DNA of 64,000 nucleotides from Kiritimatiellia bacterium (GTDB lineage Bacteria; Verrucomicrobiota; Kiritimatiellia; RFP12; UBA3636). A program made the translations under genes and the position numbers. This document shows, in pieces, positions 56,340-64,000 of this stretch; position 1 is the first letter of the stretch; each line of letters opens with the position of its first letter. The notes beneath the pieces were generated by a model. That model worked only from the letters and a program-made list of their open reading frames with translations, ran no database searches and had not been told where the DNA came from. Where the stretch lies: contig JAZNPC010000088.1 in NCBI GenBank assembly GCA_045589455.1, positions 35,587 through 99,586 on the forward strand, read 5' to 3'.

Positions 56340-57422
56340 TTAAAAAATAAAATCGTCACTAAAGAAATCATCATCAGAAAAATCATCACTAGAATAATCT
56401 TCTTCGCCCATATCGTCGTATGATTCGTCAGTAAATTCTTCATCACCCAAAAATTCTGAATCCATTTCTTCGTCTTCAATTCCCTCATCAAAAGACTCTT
56501 CAGAGCCGCCAGTAACAGCTTCACCTGTTCCTAACAATGACCTTAGAACGTCTGAAGGATTCTCAATGTATTGATAGTGCTCAACTGTTCCATTTGGCAT
56601 AGTCATTAAAACAACTACAACTAGCTTCTTTTGAATTTGTGTATAACTTCTCCAAATCTTGATAGTAGAACCATGTCTAAAGGTACTTTGATAAGGAGTA
56701 TCGTCTCCACGATTTACACGTGCTGTAACTTCTCCAGAAGAAACAGTTATTCTTGTAAATTCTGGGTCTCCAAAAATTTCAAACACAGACTTACGGCGAG
56801 TCTTTAAAATTTTGAACTGCTGTCCTTCTAATGTTACCAAACCAGACTCGATTTTATACCTAGACTTAACTTGTCCATTTGCATCAGTTGCTACACGGAT
56901 TTCATTGCGATCAACAAGGCCTGTTACTTCTGCAAGAGTTGTTTTGATTACAAAAGCATTTAACATTGCATCTATTTTAGCGTCTTCAACCTCGTCACCA
57001 GTCTTTGAACTTGGAATAGTTAAAAATGTAGATACAAAGCCTTTCTCAACACCAACATAAACCTTAGCATTACCAGCATCATCAAGGTTTTTTTCTGTTG
57101 TAATTACTGTATCCATTCCAAGTCTTATTTGATAATCATCAGCAAAGACCACCATTACTTCATTTTTCTGCTCTACTTCTTTTGGTAATGTAGGATCGAC
57201 ACCATCGACAATAATTTTTGAACCATATGGATAACGAAAATCATCTTGAGCTAAAATTGGCTTTGTTTCTCCTGGGCGAAGAACCCAAACCTTTCCTGTA
57301 ACCTTAGCAACGCGGAAAAGAGGATCAAAATAATCAACAGCAAATGCATTTGTACAAAAACAAACAGCTATAGTTACGACTGCCAATATTAAACCTTTAA
57401 TTTTCATGATTATGGTCTCCAA
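56340..57422 (-). CDS. Hypothetical secreted protein with a strongly acidic C-terminal tail
   Basis: Signal peptide (the true start may be the internal MKIKGL at 57407). The C-terminus is ...DEEMDSEFLGDEEFTDESYDDMGEEDYSSDDFSDDDFFSDDFIF. Confidence 0.5.
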   Translation of the reverse strand: METIIMKIKGLILAVVTIAVCFCTNAFAVDYFDPLFRVAKVTGKVWVLRPGETKPILAQDDFRYPYGSKIIVDGVDPTLPKEVEQKNEVMVVFADDYQIRLGMDTVITTEKNLDDAGNAKVYVGVEKGFVSTFLTIPSSKTGDEVEDAKIDAMLNAFVIKTTLAEVTGLVDRNEIRVATDANGQVKSRYKIESGLVTLEGQQFKILKTRRKSVFEIFGDPEFTRITVSSGEVTARVNRGDDTPYQSTFRHGSTIKIWRSYTQIQKKLVVVVLMTMPNGTVEHYQYIENPSDVLRSLLGTGEAVTGGSEESFDEGIEDEEMDSEFLGDEEFTDESYDDMGEEDYSSDDFSDDDFFSDDFIF

Positions 57423-57731
57423 TGAATAAAATGCTTACAGTTAAATATATCAATTGGGCACAATAAACCCTTTCACATATAACTAAATAATATGATAGTA
57501 ATTGTTGACATTAAAGTCAAACAAAATTGCTTGTTTTAGAGCCCTTTTTTTTAGTTTTTTGACTAATTTGTGACAAAAAACAGTAATCAGCGTATACATT
57601 GATTTAACGAATGAATAGAAACACATAAAAGACAACAAAAAAAGGGCAACAATCTCATATCAAAATAAAAGCAGAGTAAACATTAAATTTTGAGCAAAAA
57701 TGCAAAAAGCGTGGGAGGCCCACGCTTTTTA

Positions 57732-59591
57732 TCATCTACAAATTCGTGCCACTATTGCTGTAGCTGTCAATCCTTCTTGCTCTTGAAGATCCTTTAGGCT
57801 ACTAGCATGTGGCATAAATGGATTTTTCCAACCACAACGCACTGTTCTAGCCTTACCTCCAAGGAACGCCTCAAATTCAGAGCCAAAGCCCCCGATTTCT
57901 ACACCATCTTCAATTGTAACAAATGTAGTAATTCCTTGCTCAAGTTGCTCTTCTATAAGCGCTGTATCAAGAGGTTTGACAAAACGTGCATTTACTAATT
58001 CAGAAGCAACGCCCTTAGACTGAAGTAGTTCACAAACCTCCTTAGCAAGAGTATCCATATTACCCAACGACCAAACGGCTATCTTTGCTGAAGAGCCATA
58101 TTTCGCAAGCCGCTCTGCCTTACCAATAGCCACAGGTGGCATAGTCTCACTCACTGCAACTTCTTTATCAAAGCTTGCTGGTTGGGCCACTCCTCGCGGA
58201 TAACGAATAATTGATGGATATGGAAGCATTAGACTCGTTGAAAGCATTTGATTTAGCTCTGTTAATGTGCGAGGTTGCATTACAGCAATACCAGGGACAG
58301 AACGAACCAATGAAATATCAAAAACTCCATGATGTGTTGGCCCATCACCTGGCACTGCACCAGCACGGTCCAAACACACAACTACAGGTAGCTTCTGTAG
58401 AGCAACATCATGAATAAAGCAATCTATTGCACGTTGGAAGAATGTTGAATACACTGCCACAATTGGCTTTAAGCCATTTGCTGCCATACCAGCAGCAAAA
58501 ATCATCTGGTGCTCCTCACTAATTCCAACATCAAAAAATCTCTTAGGGAATTTCTCTGCAAACTTGGATAAACCTGTACCATCAGTCATACCAGCGGTAG
58601 TTGCAACCACACATTTATCATTATCAGCTAACTCTACGACAGCTTTACCAAATGCGGAAGACCAACTAGTGCCAGTTGATTTTTTCTTTGGCTCCCCGGT
58701 TGCAATATCGAATGGAGCTGGGCCATGCCAAGTGGACGGATTTTCCTCCGCATATTTATATCCAAGTCCTTTAATCGTAGATACTTGCATAAATACAGGC
58801 TCTTTTGATGCAAGTGCAGCTTTAAATGCATATTGAAGCTGTTTTATATCATGCCCATCTACTGGACCAATATATCTAAAGCCAAACTTTTGCACTGTTG
58901 CACCCAAAGCCAGTAAGCCCTTGATTCGAGCCGTAAGCCAATGATAAGGATTAGATAGCCAACTCAAGCTATGATCAAAATAATAACGCCAGCGTGTATA
59001 ACTTGGACTAACCATAAGTCGCCCAAATCCCTTACTCAAAGAGCCAACATTTTGTGATATTGACATATTGTTGTCATTCATGACAACAATCAAACGTTTT
59101 GTGCTTTGTGCTGCATTATTTAATGCTTCTATTGAAATACCATTACAGATTGCACCATCACCCACCACTGCGATAACGGCATCATCTTCACCCTTAGCAT
59201 CACGTGCTACAGCCAATCCAATTGCGGCAGAAATTGCATTGCCTGCGTGACCAGAACCAAAGGCATCACATGTACTTTCACTAATCTTTTGAAAGCCTGA
59301 AATTCCCCCTGTTTGGCGTAATGTTTTGAACTGCTCTTTTCTACCTGTTAAAATTTTGTAGACATAAGATTGATGTGAAACATCAAAGACCACCTTATCC
59401 TTAGGTGGATTAATACAGCTAAGCATAGCAAGGGTAAGTTCAACAACACCTAAATTAGAGGCAAGATGACCACCATTATTACTTACCGTTGTAATAATGT
59501 ATTCACGTAGCTCTTGAGCCAAATTCTTTAACTCATCTAGCGATAATTTTCTCAAATCATCACAGGAGTTGATTCTATCAAGAATCCCCAT
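57732..59591 (-). CDS. dxs: 1-deoxy-D-xylulose-5-phosphate synthase
   Basis: Full-length match including the TPP-binding GDG...N motif. Total length 619 aa. Confidence 0.9.
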   Translation of the reverse strand: MGILDRINSCDDLRKLSLDELKNLAQELREYIITTVSNNGGHLASNLGVVELTLAMLSCINPPKDKVVFDVSHQSYVYKILTGRKEQFKTLRQTGGISGFQKISESTCDAFGSGHAGNAISAAIGLAVARDAKGEDDAVIAVVGDGAICNGISIEALNNAAQSTKRLIVVMNDNNMSISQNVGSLSKGFGRLMVSPSYTRWRYYFDHSLSWLSNPYHWLTARIKGLLALGATVQKFGFRYIGPVDGHDIKQLQYAFKAALASKEPVFMQVSTIKGLGYKYAEENPSTWHGPAPFDIATGEPKKKSTGTSWSSAFGKAVVELADNDKCVVATTAGMTDGTGLSKFAEKFPKRFFDVGISEEHQMIFAAGMAANGLKPIVAVYSTFFQRAIDCFIHDVALQKLPVVVCLDRAGAVPGDGPTHHGVFDISLVRSVPGIAVMQPRTLTELNQMLSTSLMLPYPSIIRYPRGVAQPASFDKEVAVSETMPPVAIGKAERLAKYGSSAKIAVWSLGNMDTLAKEVCELLQSKGVASELVNARFVKPLDTALIEEQLEQGITTFVTIEDGVEIGGFGSEFEAFLGGKARTVRCGWKNPFMPHASSLKDLQEQEGLTATAIVARICR

Positions 59592-59645
59592 AAATCCTCA
59601 AAAACAAAAAGTTTTTAGTATATAAAATTCTAAATTAATACAAAC

Positions 59646-60509
59646 CTATAGACCTGCAACAATCTCTAGTGAAAGATCTGCAGCTTTTACAGAATGTGTT
59701 AAGCAACCCAAAGAAATAGCGTCAACGCCAGTTTCTGCTGCTGCATGAATTGTTTCCATTGAAATACCGCCTGAGGCCTCTAGTTTACAACGCCCTGCTA
59801 CAATATCTACTGCCTCTTTCATTTTTGCTGGAGGCATATTATCAAGCATAATCCACTCTGGTTTACCCTCAAGCGCACTTGCTAGCTCCTCAAAGGATTC
59901 AACCTCTACCTCAACAGGCACATTAGGAAACTTTGCTCTTGCTGCAGCAACGGCTTGATCTAGACGATTTGGGTCACCACCCTTCCAAAGCTTACGATGA
60001 TTATCCTTGATAAGCACCATATCATTCAAGCCCATGCGATGATTTGTACCACCACCAGCAGCAACGCTATATTTATCAATTAAGCGAAAACCTGGCACTG
60101 TTTTACGAGTATCAAGAATTTTGCAATTTGTACCCTCTACCGCTTTTAAGAAAGAGCGTGTAGCTGTTGCAACACCTGTCATACGCTGCATAAAATTCAA
60201 TGCGGTGCGTTCTGCAATCAAAATTGAAGCTGCTTTGCCTGTGATTACCATTAGCACATCATTGGCTTCGATATCGGAGCCATCCTTGACAAGTATCTCC
60301 ACTTTAAGAGATGGATCTACCTGACGAAACACCTCTTCACCAATAGTTACGCCAGCAGTTCTACAAGAGTGACGCGTAAGAATGTGTGCGGTAACAATAG
60401 CCTCTGGGTCAACAAGAGATAGAGTTGTTACATCACAATCGGCACCATCCTCTTTAAGAGCCGATGCTATAAGCTGCTTTACAGACTCTTCCTTTTCAAT
60501 TGCCATCAT
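59646..60509 (-). CDS. nadC: Nicotinate-nucleotide pyrophosphorylase (quinolinate phosphoribosyltransferase)
   Basis: Conserved ...ILDTRKT.PG.R...KYAV..GGG.NHR.GL.D..LIKDNH... blocks. Confidence 0.9.
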   Translation of the reverse strand: MMAIEKEESVKQLIASALKEDGADCDVTTLSLVDPEAIVTAHILTRHSCRTAGVTIGEEVFRQVDPSLKVEILVKDGSDIEANDVLMVITGKAASILIAERTALNFMQRMTGVATATRSFLKAVEGTNCKILDTRKTVPGFRLIDKYSVAAGGGTNHRMGLNDMVLIKDNHRKLWKGGDPNRLDQAVAAARAKFPNVPVEVEVESFEELASALEGKPEWIMLDNMPPAKMKEAVDIVAGRCKLEASGGISMETIHAAAETGVDAISLGCLTHSVKAADLSLEIVAGL

Positions 60510-60544
60510 AAAAGCCTCCTGAATTATTTGCGAAACAAAAAAGC

Positions 60545-61201
60545 TTAGCCTCTAATTTTCTTTACTAGTTCAGTTGCTAATGCTGCATTTGCCTTAATTG
60601 TAGCCCAATCATCAGCATTAATTAGCTTGCTAGGAGCAATCCATGAACCACCGCAAGCAGCTATTAGAGGGCTTGCAAGATATTCCTCTGTTGTTTCAGG
60701 ATTCAAGCCACCTAGAGGAATATACTTTAGACCAAGATGATTATATGGAGCTACCAATGTCTTAATAGCCTTTAGGCCTCCAATAGCGCCAGCTGGGAAA
60801 AACTTTAGTAGTTTACAGCCTAGCTCAACAGCACCTTCAATCTCAGATGGGGTCATCACACCAGGAGCAAAGCTAAAGCCCATTTCCTTTGCAGCAGAAA
60901 CAATACGTGGGTTAAAGCCAGGAGCAACAGCAAATGCTGCACCCGCTGCCTTTGCTGCAGCCAACTGATCAAGTGTGAGCACTGTGCCGGCACCAACAAT
61001 CATTTCTGGACGCTTTGCTGCTACTTCAGCTATAGCCTCAAGAGCAGCAGGTGTACGAAGTGTTAGCTCCATAACCTTCACTCCTCCCTCCAATAAAGCA
61101 TCTGCTAAAGCAAGAGCCTTTGATGAATCATCTAAAACAACAACAGCAATATTACCGCACTCTGCTACCTTTGCTGCCAATTCTTCATTAAATACACACA
61201 T
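60545..61201 (-). CDS. eda: KDPG / KHG aldolase
   Basis: ...VMELTLRTP.A...GAGTVLT... class I aldolase signature. Confidence 0.85.
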   Translation of the reverse strand: MCVFNEELAAKVAECGNIAVVVLDDSSKALALADALLEGGVKVMELTLRTPAALEAIAEVAAKRPEMIVGAGTVLTLDQLAAAKAAGAAFAVAPGFNPRIVSAAKEMGFSFAPGVMTPSEIEGAVELGCKLLKFFPAGAIGGLKAIKTLVAPYNHLGLKYIPLGGLNPETTEEYLASPLIAACGGSWIAPSKLINADDWATIKANAALATELVKKIRG

Positions 61202-61258
61202 TTTGTTTACCTTTCAAAAGGGTCCTCACCCAATGTCTTGTTAAATTTTAAATCAATT

Positions 61259-62167
61259 TTATACCTGACCTGCAAGTTTAAAGAATAATGGACCAAGTAA
61301 AATTATGAAAACTGCAGGGAAAATGAATACCATCAATGGACCAAGTAGCTTTGTTGGTGCTTCGTTTGCTAGCTTCTCTGCACGCTCAAAACGACGCACA
61401 CGAATCTGATCTGATTGGATTCGAAGAATAGAACCAACAGCAACACCTAATTCATCCGCCTGTACCAAAGCATTGACTAGTGCACGCATATCTGGCAAAT
61501 CCACACGCTCAGACATTGCTCTTAATGCATTCTTTCTTGTGGTTCCCACTTGAATCTCACGAACCATACGAAGAAGCTCCTCACTAAGAGCATCTAATTT
61601 ATCTCGTTCTGTTGCTCTTTGTACTGCTGACATAAAATCAAGACCAGCCTCTACAGAAAGTGTTAGCAAATCGAGAACAAAAGGCATTGCTCTTAAGATT
61701 TGTTGTTGTCTTATTTTTACAGCAGAACGCAACCATATCACAGGATACATGTAAAAAAACACAACACCAAGGATAGTCAAAATTGGCAATAATCTAGAAA
61801 TAAATTCACTCACACCTCCAATTTGATAAAGGATCAAAATCCAAAGAGGTCCCAAGCAAACAGGGAAAACAACTTTAAGAGCTAAAATCTCCCAGCCTTC
61901 TAGAAGGCCTTCCATGCCCGCTGTCACAAGCATTTGGTCTGTCTTTTCCCTGAGTTTACTAAACCTAGGGCCTTGCATCAACCCTTTAACATTGGGAGTA
62001 AGCGGGAGTAATAATTTAAAAATTAAGGGGATACGACGCTCTTGCTTTCTTCCATCAGCGAGCGTTACATAGGTTATCTGTTTCGCTACTCCCATGGCAT
62101 ACCATGCGAATAACGTGACTGATGCCATCCAAAGGACAACACCAAACCATCCCAATACATTTGTCAT
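61259..62167 (-). CDS. Type II secretion system F-domain / TadB/TadC-like pilus assembly membrane protein
   Basis: GspF-like domain architecture with TM segments and a ~300-aa length. Confidence 0.5.
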   Translation of the reverse strand: MTNVLGWFGVVLWMASVTLFAWYAMGVAKQITYVTLADGRKQERRIPLIFKLLLPLTPNVKGLMQGPRFSKLREKTDQMLVTAGMEGLLEGWEILALKVVFPVCLGPLWILILYQIGGVSEFISRLLPILTILGVVFFYMYPVIWLRSAVKIRQQQILRAMPFVLDLLTLSVEAGLDFMSAVQRATERDKLDALSEELLRMVREIQVGTTRKNALRAMSERVDLPDMRALVNALVQADELGVAVGSILRIQSDQIRVRRFERAEKLANEAPTKLLGPLMVFIFPAVFIILLGPLFFKLAGQV

Positions 62168-62175
62168 AAAATTAA

Positions 62176-62370
62176 TTATGCAAATTTAATTAATGACCAC
62201 TCACTCCAAAGAATGAACACTAAAACTACAAATAGAATTGTTGACACAATTGCAAGAACTGCAAAAGGCGTAAAATTCTCTTTCTTTTTAGGAGCAGCAT
62301 TATTAACTGCAAGAGGATTTTGATGTCTATCGGAAATTACTGGATTATTATTTACATTGATCGAACTCAT
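62176..62370 (-). CDS. Small membrane protein (64 aa), possibly a Flp/pilin-like subunit
   Basis: Single C-terminal TM helix. It sits immediately upstream of the TadB/C-like gene. Confidence 0.35.
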   Translation of the reverse strand: MSSINVNNNPVISDRHQNPLAVNNAAPKKKENFTPFAVLAIVSTILFVVLVFILWSEWSLIKFA

Positions 62371-62587
62371 TATTATCTCCTTAACGATTTAATTCTATCA
62401 AAAACGAAACCTATTTTTCAAGTATTATTAATGGTTGAAGAAGGAATGGTAAAATAGAAATGATTTCTTACCTATTAAAGATAAAAATTCGCTATTTTTT
62501 GCAAAACCAATGTCACAAAACATAATCTAAAATAATAGCAGAAAAAGTTATTCTAATATTGTCAAATGGGAGACTTAAAATAAATTA

Positions 62588-63553
62588 TTACTTAAGTCTT
62601 CCAAACCAATAATTTAATGCAATATCTGGGCGGATATGACGCTCATCCAAGTAAACTATAAGCTCATCTATTTGGTTGATACAGGAAATCGCCGTTTCAG
62701 GAGTGAGTCGCGCCCCTTTTTTCTCTAACACCTCGCGATATTCTTCGTAAAAGAGAGGTTGCCCCTCTCCAGCTGTTGCGACAACAAGTAAATCTCTATA
62801 CCAATCCTTTAAAGCAAGGTATACATAGGTACGCATTTCTTTAGCTCTTGCACCTATCCATCCATCTAGCACATCTTTAGAAATATTAAAATCTGTTGTA
62901 TTTTTCTTTTCTTCAAGAGCTTGATCTTCTGCAAGCCCTTTTATTTCATCAAAAAGAGCCGTAAAACGAGCCGCTGTTGCAAATGCACGAAGCTCAGACG
63001 CAGTTGTATGTTGTGACATAATTTCACCAACACATTCACGCCATTTAGCTGGTACCGTTTGTTTACCTGTATTTAAATCTATTGTTTGACAACGAGAAAC
63101 AATTGTCGGCAAAAGCATACCCGGGTTGTTTGTCACTAGAAGAAACACTGTTTTTACAGGGGGTTCTTCTAATGTTTTAAGAAAAGCATTAGAAGCCTCT
63201 TGATTCATACAATCAGCAAAATAGATTGTGGCCAACTTCCAACCACCAAGATATGATGTGCGCACAGCCCACTCAATTAATTCATCTCGAATGCGATCTA
63301 CCACTATTTTGCGACTTTTTGACTCCGGCTCAATATGTATAGAATCAACATGCGTATGTTCTTGGGCAAGAATACATGCATTACAATAGCCACATGGTGC
63401 TTGATCTCTATTTTCGCAAAGCAACAATTGAGCTACTTTATCCGAAAACTGACGTCCCTCTTCTCTTGGGTTTCCAAGCACCAAATATGCATGTGGCAAA
63501 CGGCCTTTTTCCCACGCTCGGCGCACTATTTCATATGCCGCAGATAGCTCCAT
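62588..63553 (-). CDS. holB: DNA polymerase III delta-prime subunit
   Basis: AAA+ clamp-loader fold with ...HAYLVLGNP..., a zinc module CGYCNAC and ...FLKTLEEPP.... Confidence 0.85.
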   Translation of the reverse strand: MELSAAYEIVRRAWEKGRLPHAYLVLGNPREEGRQFSDKVAQLLLCENRDQAPCGYCNACILAQEHTHVDSIHIEPESKSRKIVVDRIRDELIEWAVRTSYLGGWKLATIYFADCMNQEASNAFLKTLEEPPVKTVFLLVTNNPGMLLPTIVSRCQTIDLNTGKQTVPAKWRECVGEIMSQHTTASELRAFATAARFTALFDEIKGLAEDQALEEKKNTTDFNISKDVLDGWIGARAKEMRTYVYLALKDWYRDLLVVATAGEGQPLFYEEYREVLEKKGARLTPETAISCINQIDELIVYLDERHIRPDIALNYWFGRLK

Positions 63554-63556
63554 ATA

Positions 63557-64000
63557 TTACACCTCAAGCCCAAAGCGAGCACGTATTACATCTCGTATAT
63601 CAGACTGAACCTTTTCTGGAGTTTGAGAACCATCTATAATAACAAAACGATCTGGCTCTCTAGCTGCCATTTCTAAATATCCATCATGCAATCTAGTATG
63701 AAATTCTAAAGGAGCTTGTTCAATACGATCTTTTACACCATCGCCACGCTTGGAAATTCTAGAAAATCCTTCTTCAACTGAAATCTCTATCAGAAAAGTT
63801 ATATCTGGCTTAACTTCGCCGGTTGCAAAGTCATTAATATTTCTTAATTGATCAACATTAAATCCTCTGCCATAGCCTTGATATGCAAGAGTTGAATCTG
63901 TAAAGCGATCAAGAACAATCCATGTGCCCTGCTTTAATGCTGGAGCAAGGACATTTTTGCATAGCTGCGCACGGCTAGCACAAAATAGTAATGCTTCTGT
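63557..64000 (-). CDS. tmk: Thymidylate kinase, C-terminal part (5' end lies beyond the window)
   Basis: The translation ...LAYQGYGRGFNVDQLRNINDFATGEVKPDITFLIEISVEEGFSRISKRGDGVKDRIEQAPLEFHTRLHDGYLEMAA... matches Tmk. The stop is 4 bp before the holB start. Confidence 0.85.
   Translation of the reverse strand, partial: TEALLFCASRAQLCKNVLAPALKQGTWIVLDRFTDSTLAYQGYGRGFNVDQLRNINDFATGEVKPDITFLIEISVEEGFSRISKRGDGVKDRIEQAPLEFHTRLHDGYLEMAAREPDRFVIIDGSQTPEKVQSDIRDVIRARFGLEV

Overview
This is a bacterial chromosomal window of about 40% GC with roughly 50 protein-coding genes, almost all on the minus strand. The DNA gyrase operon (gyrB-gyrA) is the main housekeeping landmark. Recognisable core genes are dxs, nadC, eda (KDPG aldolase), holB, tmk (partial at the window edge), trmL, folC, infA, upp, fucI and a type III PLP-dependent decarboxylase, plus a NudC-like NUDIX pyrophosphatase, an M16 peptidase and the [FeFe]-hydrogenase maturases hydG and hydE. 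Seven tRNA genes were found by folding the sequence: Pro-TGG, Met-CAT, Ser-TGA, Cys-GCA, Ser-GGA, Leu-TAA and Leu-CAA, all with encoded CCA. Accessory genes include several transporters (sodium:solute symporter, NhaC, AEC, NSS, MFS). Two Fic-family genes are present; the second is followed by an HsdS fragment, a four-helix-bundle protein and a truncated duplicate of that gene. A PEP-CTERM protein, an 899-aa BspA-type leucine-rich-repeat surface protein and a zinc-ribbon::GspG-like fusion are also encoded. The most unusual property of the window is its density of non-coding repeats. At least five dispersed families of structured repeats, labelled A to E here, occupy almost every long intergenic region. 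Family A forms a 4-unit tandem array, and families B and C include long-range inverted or covarying copies. A 3-kb stretch (29.5-32.6 kb) is essentially all repeats surrounding a single PEP-CTERM gene. Several 7-16 bp tandem microsatellites sit next to these repeats. No CRISPR array, cas genes, integrase, transposase or complete restriction or toxin system was found. The best candidate for something undescribed is this repeat complex itself, a BOX/MITE-like modular element family that may encode structured RNAs. A second candidate is the first fic locus, which is flanked by 131-bp direct repeats abutting tRNA-Pro and by an array of TTAAGGG(G/A)AT motifs.
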